DNA of 64,000 nucleotides from Armatimonadota bacterium (GTDB lineage: Bacteria; Vulcanimicrobiota; JACPDS01; JBDRKI01), in NCBI GenBank assembly GCA_043814095.1, contig JBDRKI010000037.1, forward strand, positions 28,032 to 92,031, read 5' to 3'. This document shows positions 51,696-61,133 of the stretch, piece after piece. The position numbers and the translations under genes are program-made. The notes below the pieces were generated by a model. That model saw only the letters and a list, made by a program, of their open reading frames with translations, did not search any database and had not been told where the DNA came from. The first letter of the stretch is position 1; the number at the start of each line of letters is the position of its first letter.

Positions 51696-51998
51696 ATGAA
51701 ATATAAGACAATAAAAAAGTTCAACATAAATGCCGATAAACTGATTCATTTTATTGACGGCTTAAAATCCAAAAAGCTTAAACTGATAAGCATAAGCACA
51801 TTTATAAAAGCAGACAGAGTAATTGTATTAAAATACTATATTGAAAAACAGAATCAACTCCTCATCATAGACGCTCCCGTTAAAAAAGATCAGATAGCAT
51901 CTTTGTTTACTTATTTCTCAAACGCGGATTTTATTGAACGCGAGATTTCACAGTCCTTTGGCGTTAAATTTATAGGAAATCCCAACTTGAATATATAA
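51696..51998 (+). CDS. Stand-alone NuoC/EchD-like (complex I 30-kDa) fragment
   Basis: A.FIEREI...FGV.F.GNP motif. Confidence 0.6.
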   Translation: MKYKTIKKFNINADKLIHFIDGLKSKKLKLISISTFIKADRVIVLKYYIEKQNQLLIIDAPVKKDQIASLFTYFSNADFIEREISQSFGVKFIGNPNLNI

Positions 51999-52009
51999 CT
52001 GGAGATAAG

Positions 52010-53293
52010 ATGCATTTTAAAAGAATAGTGTTGCTGCTGGTAATAATTGCGGTTATCTTCTCTATATGCGGGTGTTTAAAAAAACAGGAAGACAGCAGAA
52101 CAAAGATAGAATTCTGGACTATAAGTCTGCGCCCCACATTTGATGATTTTATCCATTCATTGATAAATAAATATGAAAAAGAAAATCCTAATATTAAACT
52201 TATATGGGTTGATATCCCGTACAATGTACTCCAGCAGAAACTTATGTCTTCAATAGCCGGCGGGGTAAGCCCCGATGTGGTTAATTTAAATACCCCTATG
52301 GCCATTATACTGGCGCAGCATGAAGCCCTGGTGGACTTAAATAAATACCTTACAAAAGAAGAACAGGAAAGATACTTTAAGAATCTATATAATGCCACGA
52401 ATATAGACGGCTCTGTCTATGCACTGCCGTGGTATGTTACAACAAAGATAACAATGTATAATTCAGATATTTTCAAAAAAGCCGGTTTAAAAAGACCGCC
52501 TAAAAATTACGATGAAGTTGCCCAGTACGCGAAGATAATAAAAGAAAAAACCGGCATATACGGCTATATGCCCGATATGAAAGTAATGGATGATTTCCAG
52601 TGTGACGGCATACCCATAGTTAATAAAGATATGACTAAAGCTTTATTTAACTGTCCTCAGGGAGTTGAACGGTTAACATGGTATGTTGATCTTTACAAAC
52701 AGGATTTAATACCAAGGGAGACCATAAATTTAGGGACAGCTTACCAGACAGCCACAAACAGGTACCAGTGCGGGGAGCTGGGGATGCTTATTACAGGAGC
52801 AAATTTTCTTTTAAGGATAAAAAATAATGCCGCCCAGGTTTATGACCTAACAAAAGTAGCGCCCATGCCTCTGGGCAAAGCCCATATATATCCCGCGGCT
52901 GTTATGAATTTTGTTATTCCCCGGGCGTCTAAAAACAGGAAAGAAGCGGTAAAATTCGCCCTTTTTATGACCAATGACGAAAACCAGCTTGCATTCTGCA
53001 AGGTTGTGCCTCTTCTTCCTTCAACAAGGAAAGCGGCCCTAGATGAATTCTTTATAAAAGGAAAAGGGATGCCGACAGAAGACGAGGCAATAAGAATATC
53101 AATAAAAGAATTATTTAATTCAAAAGATCTTTCTCTGGCTCTGCCCGAGCGGGCAAAGCTTGGTGAATATCTTACCGATGCCGTGCAGTCCGCGTTAGTC
53201 GGCAAGAAAACCCCGAAACAGGCGCTTGATGACGCGGCCGCTCAATGGGATAAGATTTTAAAAATACAGGCTAATTTGAGGAATAAAAAATGA
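52010..53293 (+). CDS. Carbohydrate ABC transporter substrate-binding lipoprotein
   Basis: ICGC lipobox; AGG.SPDVV, YALPWY, YNSDIFKKAG. Confidence 0.9.
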   Translation: MHFKRIVLLLVIIAVIFSICGCLKKQEDSRTKIEFWTISLRPTFDDFIHSLINKYEKENPNIKLIWVDIPYNVLQQKLMSSIAGGVSPDVVNLNTPMAIILAQHEALVDLNKYLTKEEQERYFKNLYNATNIDGSVYALPWYVTTKITMYNSDIFKKAGLKRPPKNYDEVAQYAKIIKEKTGIYGYMPDMKVMDDFQCDGIPIVNKDMTKALFNCPQGVERLTWYVDLYKQDLIPRETINLGTAYQTATNRYQCGELGMLITGANFLLRIKNNAAQVYDLTKVAPMPLGKAHIYPAAVMNFVIPRASKNRKEAVKFALFMTNDENQLAFCKVVPLLPSTRKAALDEFFIKGKGMPTEDEAIRISIKELFNSKDLSLALPERAKLGEYLTDAVQSALVGKKTPKQALDDAAAQWDKILKIQANLRNKK

Positions 53294-54201
53294 AAATGGA
53301 CAGAAAAAAACAGCAGATACTCATAGCATACTTATTCCTGCTCCCCGCGATCCTTCTGTTTATTATTTTCACCCTTTATCCCGTTGTATACGGCATAATT
53401 TTAAGCTTTTTAGATTATAATGTGGTAAGGACGACAGCTGAAGGAGCTATGGTCCCTCCTAAATTTATAGGTTTGGATAACTTTAAAAAGCTTTTGTATG
53501 ACCCTTACTTCTATAATGCCCTCAAAAACTCTTTACTGTATCTTCTTGTTGTTCCGGTTATACAGATACTTGCAATTATGATAGCGGTAGCCGTTAACCA
53601 GAAGCTAAAAGGGGTAACCTTTTTCAGGACCTGTTATTACATACCGGTTATTACTTCGGTAATTATCGTTGGTATAGCATGGAAATGGGTGTTTGCATCG
53701 GACGGCCTGCTTAACTTTTTCCTTGTGGAAAAATTTCACCTTGTTAAATACGCTATACCATGGCTTACATCAAAAACATGGGCGCTTCCATCCATTATGT
53801 TTGTTACCGTATGGCAGGGGCTTGGTTATTATATGGTGCTGTATCTCGCGGGTTTGCAGTCAATACCTCCGGAATTTGAAGAAGCCGCCAGAATTGACGG
53901 CGCTAACAGACTTCAGGTGTTATTTAAGATTACAATACCTCTTTTAATGCCTATTATTGCCTTATGTTCGATTATATCATGTATATCGGCATTAAAGGTA
54001 TTCGGCGAGATTTATGTTATGACACAGGGCGGCCCCGATCATGCAACTGATACAATGGTTTATTATATATTCAGTAAAGCGTTTATGCAGTTTGATATGG
54101 GTTATGCCGCTGCTATAGCCCTTGTTCTGGCGGTATTTGTAGGGATAATCTCAATAATTAATATAGCATTTTTTAGAAAAGGCGGATTGCAGTATTATTA
54201 A
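53290..54201 (+). CDS. Carbohydrate ABC transporter permease
   Basis: YLAGLQSIP...EEAARIDGA EAA loop. Confidence 0.92.
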   Translation: MKMDRKKQQILIAYLFLLPAILLFIIFTLYPVVYGIILSFLDYNVVRTTAEGAMVPPKFIGLDNFKKLLYDPYFYNALKNSLLYLLVVPVIQILAIMIAVAVNQKLKGVTFFRTCYYIPVITSVIIVGIAWKWVFASDGLLNFFLVEKFHLVKYAIPWLTSKTWALPSIMFVTVWQGLGYYMVLYLAGLQSIPPEFEEAARIDGANRLQVLFKITIPLLMPIIALCSIISCISALKVFGEIYVMTQGGPDHATDTMVYYIFSKAFMQFDMGYAAAIALVLAVFVGIISIINIAFFRKGGLQYY

Positions 54202-54246
54202 AAAAAAATAAAAAATCCAAATAAAAAATCAAATAAGGATTAGTAA

Positions 54247-55074
54247 ATGAATAAAACAGTTGAAAATACCATAAAATACGCAATTCTTATAGCTCTTGCT
54301 TTATTTATGACTTTCCCTTTTATATGGCTTTTATTAACTTCAATAAAAACAACCGGCAATATGTTTAAAATAGAAACATTCGCCGATATTATACCATGGC
54401 CGGTAAGCTTTGAGAATTTTATTGAAGTTATGAAAACAGTGCCTTTAATACCGAAATTCCTGTTTAATACCGTAATTATAACGTTCTGGGGGATGCTGTT
54501 AGGTATTGTTATCTCAGCTCTGGCGGCATATCCTCTTGCAAGGTTTAAGTTCCCCGGCAGGAACTTCATATTCTTTATGTTTATATCAACAATGATGCTT
54601 CCGACACAGGCGAATATGATAGTAAACTTCATTACCATAAGAAAACTCGGATTATTTGATACCTACATAGCCGTTATACTTCCTGCTCTGGTTAATGTGT
54701 TCGGCATATTCCTTATGAGGCAGGCATACCTTACGATACCCGGAGAGCTTGAGGATGCCGGCCGGCTTGACGGGTGCGGGGAGCTAAGTCTCTGGTGGCA
54801 TGTTATGCTCCCGATGACAAGACCCGCGCTCGGGGCGCTGTCAATATTTACTTTTGTCGCGTACTGGAATACCTTTATGTGGCCTCTTGTAATTTTAAAA
54901 ACAGAGAGTAAGTACCCCTTTGCGGTCGGGCTTACGTATCTTTCCAATATGTTCGCGTCGGATTTCAGGACCGTTGCCGCGGCCGCGGTAATATCAATGG
55001 TTCCCATAATCATTGTGTTTATACTTATGCAGAAGCAGTTTATTAAGGGAATAACGGCAGGAGCGGTAAAGTAA
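54247..55074 (+). CDS. Carbohydrate ABC transporter permease
   Basis: IPGELEDAGRLDG, WN.FMWP, FIKGITAGAVK. Confidence 0.92.
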   Translation: MNKTVENTIKYAILIALALFMTFPFIWLLLTSIKTTGNMFKIETFADIIPWPVSFENFIEVMKTVPLIPKFLFNTVIITFWGMLLGIVISALAAYPLARFKFPGRNFIFFMFISTMMLPTQANMIVNFITIRKLGLFDTYIAVILPALVNVFGIFLMRQAYLTIPGELEDAGRLDGCGELSLWWHVMLPMTRPALGALSIFTFVAYWNTFMWPLVILKTESKYPFAVGLTYLSNMFASDFRTVAAAAVISMVPIIIVFILMQKQFIKGITAGAVK

Positions 55075-56649
55075 ATGAAAGACATAACCAAGATGTCGCT
55101 TGAAGAAAAGATCGGCCAGATGATACTGATTGATTTTCCCGGTTTTACTCTGGAAAATAAAGTTGTAGATTATTTTAGTAAATATAAATGGGGCGGGATA
55201 ATATTATTTAAAAAGAACATAAAAGAATTTTCGCAGACAAAAAAACTTATTAAAGACCTCCAGGGATTATCTGAAAAATTAACAGACATACCGCTTCTTG
55301 TAAGTGTTGATCAGGAAGGCGGGAGTATCTGCCCTCTTACTTACAGCAGGGCAAATCATCCCGGGAACCTGGCTATGGCGGTTCTTAATAATGAAAATAC
55401 CGTTAAGGCCGCAGCAAAATATACTGCCCGGGAGCTTAACGATCTCGGATTTAATGTATCTTACGCGCCTGTCTGCGATGTTAATACCAATCCCTTAAAT
55501 CCCATAGTGGGTGTAAGATCATTCGGGCAGGATGTAAAAAAAGTTTCTAAACTCTGCGGCGCGGCAGTTAAGGGTCTTCAGGATAACGGTATCTGCGCCT
55601 GCGCTAAGCATTTCCCCGGACACGGCGATACTTCTTTTGATTCCCATCTTGAGCTTGCGAAACTTGACCATGATATTAAATATATGCTCGGTGTTGATTT
55701 AAAGCCGTTTAAATCCGCCATTAACGCGGGTGTATGGATGATAATGACATCCCATATTTTATTTCCTGATCTTGATAAAAAATATCCGGCAACTTTGTCT
55801 AAAAAGATATTAAATGATCTTCTCAGGGAAAGAATGGGCTTTGAAGGTATAATCATAACGGATTCTTTCCAGATGAAAGCCATAAAAGATAATTACGGTT
55901 TTGACGAGGCCGCTGTCAGGGCGGTAAAAGCCGGTTCTGATATAGTTATGGCGCTGGGAAGCTTCCAGGAGCAGATTAGGTCTTATGAAGCTCTTCTTAA
56001 AGCGGTTAAAGACGGGGATATTCTTGAAGACAGAATAGATGAATCTGTTGAAAAAATTCTTAAATTAAAAGAAAAATTGATAAAAACCAGGAAAAAAGGC
56101 AAATTAAACGTAAAAAAAGCAAAAAAACTGTATTATAATATAGCGGGAAAAGCAATTACCCTTGTTAAAAATGATAAAAATATTCTTCCTGTTAATATAA
56201 ATAAACGGAAAACAGGATTCATATATCCTGATATAAATATACTTGGATATGATTTTACGAAATATCTTTTTAAAAACAAAAATATACACAAAATATCATA
56301 TAATAACGAATCAATAATAAAAAACAGGAAGGATTACATAAAATTAGCAAAAGAGTGTGAACTTTTAATAATTGTAACATGTAAAAGAACAAGGTTAGAC
56401 GGGGATTATAAATCATTGTTTAATGAATTAAATAAGTTGAATAAAAACACGGCAATCGCCTCAATATATAATTCCTACCACGCTATGGATATTAAAAATA
56501 TCCATACACATATAGTTACATATTCATTTACACCTGAAAGTGTGGATGTATTAATAAAAACTTTATTCGGGAAGCATAAACCTAAAGGTAAACTCCCCCA
56601 TGATATACCTGGTGTGGCAAAAATGAAGAAAGGTCTTAAGTATAAATAG
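55075..56649 (+). CDS. nagZ: GH3 beta-N-acetylhexosaminidase
   Basis: VDQEGG, KHFPGHGDTSFDSH, ITDS..M. Confidence 0.88.
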   Translation: MKDITKMSLEEKIGQMILIDFPGFTLENKVVDYFSKYKWGGIILFKKNIKEFSQTKKLIKDLQGLSEKLTDIPLLVSVDQEGGSICPLTYSRANHPGNLAMAVLNNENTVKAAAKYTARELNDLGFNVSYAPVCDVNTNPLNPIVGVRSFGQDVKKVSKLCGAAVKGLQDNGICACAKHFPGHGDTSFDSHLELAKLDHDIKYMLGVDLKPFKSAINAGVWMIMTSHILFPDLDKKYPATLSKKILNDLLRERMGFEGIIITDSFQMKAIKDNYGFDEAAVRAVKAGSDIVMALGSFQEQIRSYEALLKAVKDGDILEDRIDESVEKILKLKEKLIKTRKKGKLNVKKAKKLYYNIAGKAITLVKNDKNILPVNINKRKTGFIYPDINILGYDFTKYLFKNKNIHKISYNNESIIKNRKDYIKLAKECELLIIVTCKRTRLDGDYKSLFNELNKLNKNTAIASIYNSYHAMDIKNIHTHIVTYSFTPESVDVLIKTLFGKHKPKGKLPHDIPGVAKMKKGLKYK

Positions 56650-56660
56650 GAGCAAAATAT

Positions 56661-57578
56661 ATGTTTAATTCATGGCATGAAAAATTAAAAACCGGGCTTT
56701 CCAAAACCAAAGCTATCCTGCTGACAGATGTAAAGGACTTAGTAGGTTTAGGCACGGAGATTAATGACGAGCTATGGGAAGAATTTACCGATATTCTAGT
56801 TGCATCTGATTTTGGTGTTAAGGCCTCAAATAAAGTTATAGATGATTTAAAACTGCTGGTAAAGGAAAATAAGATTAAAGAAAGGGCTCAGCTTCTTGAA
56901 AAATTCAAACAGGAATTAAAAGTTGTTTTAGAATCAAATACTAACGGAATCATATTAAAAGAAAATAAACTTAACATATTTCTTGTAATAGGCATAAACG
57001 GGGTAGGCAAGACTACTTCAATAGCCAAGCTTGCCCATAATTACCTCCAGCAGGGCAAAAAAGTTGTTCTTGCATGCGCTGATACATTCAGGGCCGCGGC
57101 AGGCGACCAGCTCCAAATATGGGCAAAAAGACTTAACATAGACCTTATAAAATACGAAGAAGGCTCAGACCCCGCAGCTGTTGTTTTTGACGGGATAAAA
57201 GCAGCGCAAAGCCGGGAAGCGGATCTTCTCATAGTTGATACCGCGGGCAGACTCCATACCAAAGTTAACCTTCTAGAAGAGCTTAAGAAAATAGACCGTA
57301 TAATAAAAAGGGAAGCTCCTGATTCTCACAGGGAGACCCTGCTTGTTTTAGACGCTAATATAGGGCAGAATTCTTTTAACCAGGCAAAAGTATTCCAGGA
57401 AGCCATGGAACTTACAGGTGTAGTTTTAACCAAGCTGGACAGTACCGCAAGGGGCGGTATGGTTTTCTCCATAAAGAATGAGCTGGGCATCCCCATTAAA
57501 TTCATAGGAGTAGGGGAAACTCTGGATGACCTGAAGGAATTTAATCCCGGTGAGTTTGTGGATGCTTTGTTTGAATAA
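56661..57578 (+). CDS. ftsY: Signal recognition particle receptor
   Basis: GINGVGKTT, DTFRAAA, DTAGRL, TKLD..ARGG. Confidence 0.96.
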   Translation: MFNSWHEKLKTGLSKTKAILLTDVKDLVGLGTEINDELWEEFTDILVASDFGVKASNKVIDDLKLLVKENKIKERAQLLEKFKQELKVVLESNTNGIILKENKLNIFLVIGINGVGKTTSIAKLAHNYLQQGKKVVLACADTFRAAAGDQLQIWAKRLNIDLIKYEEGSDPAAVVFDGIKAAQSREADLLIVDTAGRLHTKVNLLEELKKIDRIIKREAPDSHRETLLVLDANIGQNSFNQAKVFQEAMELTGVVLTKLDSTARGGMVFSIKNELGIPIKFIGVGETLDDLKEFNPGEFVDALFE

Positions 57579-57608
57579 ATTACTTTAGATTTTATTTACA
57601 GTATATTA

Positions 57609-57638
57609 TAAAAACCGCCTCAATCGAGGCGGTTTTTA
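57609..57638. terminator. Bidirectional intrinsic terminator
   Basis: TAAAAACCGCCTC-AATC-GAGGCGGTTTTTA. Confidence 0.82.
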
Positions 57639-57673
57639 ATATCTCCAATTTATTTATTATTAATTATTCCTAA

Positions 57674-59116
57674 TTAATGAGGTTTAAACATTTCCTCATC
57701 TTCTTCAGGCGGTTCGGGTGAAGGTACTACATCATGCTCTGTAGCATCGCCCGGTATGTGTATGTGTTCTTTAGGAGCTATAGCTCTGTTTAAGGTTTTT
57801 AGTATTGAGAAGAGTATAACTGCCGCAAAGAGTGATGTGCAGACCAGAAGAAGGAAGAAGTTTGCGTGAGTCATCTTATCCCAGTAGCTTCCTAAAAACC
57901 CTGAAGCATAGTTGCCTATAGCTGTTGATGCGAACCAGCCGCCCATGAGCAGGCCTCTCATTCTGGCAGGTGCAACTTTAGATACAAATGCAAGGCCCAT
58001 AGGACTTAAGCAAAGTTCTCCAAGTGTAACCACCGCATAAGATGATATAAGCCAGCTTACGCCTACTTTGCCTCCAAATCCTAAAGTTTCTAATTTAAGA
58101 GCGCCAACCCACATTACACCAAAAGCCAGGGCTGTTAGGATCATACCAATTCCGATTTTTGCAGGCGTTGTGGGTTCTTTTTTCCGCACGGCAAGCATGG
58201 TCCATACCCATATAAGAAGCGGGGTAAAGAGTACCACAAAGAACGGGTTTACTTTCTGGAATAATTCGGGATTAAGGTTGGTTATTGTGCAGTCTCTTGC
58301 CCAGAAGGTTAAAGCAAATCCGTTCTGGTGGAAGGCCATCCAGAAAAGGATTACAACGCCGAATATGGAAAATAATGCAATTAATCTATTTTTTTCTTCT
58401 TTCGGATCTACAGTTGCTTTTTCATGAGCCGCTTCTTTATGCAAACTGTCTGCGTTCTTAAACTTATTTTTATAAATAAGCAGAATTGCTAAAGATATTA
58501 ACATTCCAACCGCAGCCGCCAGGAAAGCAAATCCCCAGCCGTCACCGGTGCCCGGAACTTTTTCGAATGCAGTACGCAGGAATGACGCAGCCGATGGAGC
58601 ATAAAACGCACCAATATTTATACCCATATAGAAAATATTAAAGCCTGAATCTTTTTTGGGATCATTTTTATCATAAAGATTTCCTACAAGGGTAGATATA
58701 TTAGGTTTAAATAATCCATTACCGATAACTATTAAACCAAGAGCTATAAAAAATATTTTTTGATCAGGGAAATATAACAAACTATATCCTGCAGCCATAA
58801 TTACGGCACCTATCGCAATGGTTTTTACAAACCCCCAGAATTTATCCGCTATCCATCCACCGATAAGAGGGGTAAAATATACAAATGCTACGAATAAACC
58901 ATAAATTTGGCCGGATGTTTCTTTTGGCATTTTAAAGAATTCATCCATATAAAGGGCCAGAATTGCAAGCATTGTATAAAATCCGAATCTTTCCCACATT
59001 TCAGTAAAGAAGAGGGTGTATAATCCTTTAGGGTGTTTTTGACGGAAAAATGTCATCATGCTCAGGATAATTATGACCGGGAAAATGATAAAATCAAATG
59101 CGGTTATAATATTCAT
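57674..59116 (-). CDS. POT/PTR family peptide transporter
   Basis: EMWERFGFY, GGWIAD, GNGLFKPNIS, FYMGINIG, ELCLSPMGL. Confidence 0.92.
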   Translation of the reverse strand: MNIITAFDFIIFPVIIILSMMTFFRQKHPKGLYTLFFTEMWERFGFYTMLAILALYMDEFFKMPKETSGQIYGLFVAFVYFTPLIGGWIADKFWGFVKTIAIGAVIMAAGYSLLYFPDQKIFFIALGLIVIGNGLFKPNISTLVGNLYDKNDPKKDSGFNIFYMGINIGAFYAPSAASFLRTAFEKVPGTGDGWGFAFLAAAVGMLISLAILLIYKNKFKNADSLHKEAAHEKATVDPKEEKNRLIALFSIFGVVILFWMAFHQNGFALTFWARDCTITNLNPELFQKVNPFFVVLFTPLLIWVWTMLAVRKKEPTTPAKIGIGMILTALAFGVMWVGALKLETLGFGGKVGVSWLISSYAVVTLGELCLSPMGLAFVSKVAPARMRGLLMGGWFASTAIGNYASGFLGSYWDKMTHANFFLLLVCTSLFAAVILFSILKTLNRAIAPKEHIHIPGDATEHDVVPSPEPPEEDEEMFKPH

Positions 59117-59248
59117 AAATTGCCCCTTTCTATAATAGATCGTAGTAGCTAATACTTAACTTTTTATTCTTAAGTGGAGGTGAAACTCCTTTTTTTATAA
59201 AAAGATATTTTATGGTCGGGCTTTAAATAAGCACAAAAAAGACATAAA

Positions 59249-59276
59249 AGGGCTTAAAATAGGTATTTTAAGCCCT
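59249..59276. promoter_or_regulatory. Perfect 13-2-13 inverted repeat, candidate operator
   Basis: AGGGCTTAAAATA-GG-TATTTTAAGCCCT. Confidence 0.5.
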
Positions 59277-59290
59277 ATAAGGGTCAAAAA

Positions 59291-59308
59291 GTTAACATTT
59301 TGTTAACA
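59291..59308 (+). promoter_or_regulatory. Tandem GTTAAC box
   Basis: GTTAACATTTTGTTAACA, 21 nt before TATAAT (59329). Confidence 0.7.
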
Positions 59309-59367
59309 ACTTTTAAAATCAGCTGGTGTATAATATAAATGCTATAAAATAAATAAGGGGGTATCTT

Positions 59368-59952
59368 ATGATCAATGTCACATCTATGAAACCGGTTTTT
59401 TTCAATGCAGGCGAAGTAAAGGATAAGAAGGTAACTACAGGTGAAGCTCTGTATCTGGGTTCAATGAAACTGTATTACAATGTGCTTGCTCTTGAAACAG
59501 AACTTGTAGAGCTATACAGGTATTTGGGTTCTGATGAAGCAAGCCAGAAGATAGTACAAAAGTTATACCAGGATACCGCTTATTTCAAGAAAGAAACTGT
59601 AAAGATCTGCCGTTATTTCGGGAAGAACAGACCGCCTATAGACACAGTAAATGAAGATAATATGAAATCAGGTGTTAAAGGCGAGGTTGAAGTAAAGACA
59701 ATGCCTTCATCTATATATAAAAAGATAGTTGATATTAGAAATAATGTGAAGGAATTATACGGTGATTACAGAGGTCTTCATTACGGTTTAATGAGAGCGG
59801 GAGATTGTTCGGAACTTAATGATATTGATAAAAAACATTGTAAAATCTTCTATAAGAATATAGGTAAAGTATTAAATAAAATTTATGAAAAAGGCGAAGC
59901 CGGAACAACAATGTATAAATTAGCTGAGCTAGAAAAAAAATATAGCAGATAA
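59368..59952 (+). CDS. Orphan helical protein, paralog A (C-domain only)
   Basis: AAGGGGGT RBS; aligns to C-half of 61134..62282. Confidence 0.8.
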   Translation: MINVTSMKPVFFNAGEVKDKKVTTGEALYLGSMKLYYNVLALETELVELYRYLGSDEASQKIVQKLYQDTAYFKKETVKICRYFGKNRPPIDTVNEDNMKSGVKGEVEVKTMPSSIYKKIVDIRNNVKELYGDYRGLHYGLMRAGDCSELNDIDKKHCKIFYKNIGKVLNKIYEKGEAGTTMYKLAELEKKYSR

Positions 59953-60006
59953 GCTGTATAACAGCTTTAAAATAGCCTTTAAGGCGTAAAATGAAGGGGG
60001 TATATC

Positions 60007-61098
60007 ATGATTAACACATCCATGAAACAGATAGGGATGGTCCCTAATTATACTAAGGAGGTTAGCCCGGCTCTTGCATATTCCGATACGAAAGAAGTTG
60101 TAAACACATCTTCCGCGGCTATTACCTCATCCCATTTCTTTGCCATTAAACTTTCTGAATTACTGGGCGAACTGGAGGCTTCCAAGAAAAGATTAGTCAT
60201 GATGGGGGCTCAGAAAGAATACATTGAACAGGCGGACAAATTTATAGAAACAGTAAAAAGCTACTTTAATACCGTTATTTCACAGAGAAACAGGCTTAAC
60301 CAGATACACTGGGATTTAAAAGGCCTTCAGGCTAAAGCCATGAAGCCTTCAGATGTTACCGGTGCATCTTCAGATGCCATGAAAGCATGTGATGATTATA
60401 TACAGAAACTGGCATTTTTAAGATCATCTTTCCATAAAGCATTTAACGCTTCTCAGGGAGAAGAAAAAGAAGTACTTAAGGGTTATCTTGAAGAAGTAAG
60501 GGCAATGTATGAAAAAGCAGTGGAGATGAAAGGTGCTCTCAGTATGATTCACTAGACATACAGAGGATACCCGACAGATGAGTTAAAAGGCACAGAAGGT
60601 GTTAAAGGCGCGTTCTCTCAGGAAGAAGTTATTCAGTCCAAGGCTAAGGATTTATACTACCTTACAAGAAGTATTGATACCGATCTTAAGAATCTATACT
60701 TTATGATTGCTCAGAAGAACGGACAGGGCAGGGAAATAATAGTTTCGTTGTATGATGATGTTGATTTCTTTAAGAAAGTAGCAGAGACCATAACAGGAGG
60801 GATGAAACCTCCCGTGGATATAAATGAGGCAATGGCTCCGAAATCAGCAGATCCTCTTATAGTAGGTAATGTAGCAGCGATTAAAAATAAGGTTAAACTT
60901 TTATCCACTAAGTTTGCGGATCTCCATATAAAGCTTGTCGAGGTTTTAAATTCTTCCGGGCTTAGCACTGTGGAGAGAAATAGACTTAAGGGATACTGTA
61001 TCGCTATAAGCCAGGTGCTGTACAGAATGCACATGAAAAAGTATTATGACGGCACTCTGTTAAAACTTGAAAAACTTGAGAAAATTTACGGAGAATAA
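60007..61098 (+). CDS. Orphan helical protein, paralog B, interrupted by in-frame TAG at 60553-60555 (readthrough, pseudogene or base error)
   Basis: ORFs 60007..60555 and 60703..61098 share a frame, joined by 49 open codons that align to paralog C. Confidence 0.75.
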
Positions 61099-61133
61099 TT
61101 AAGTGGTTAGTTCTAATAAAGAGGGGGGGGGCA

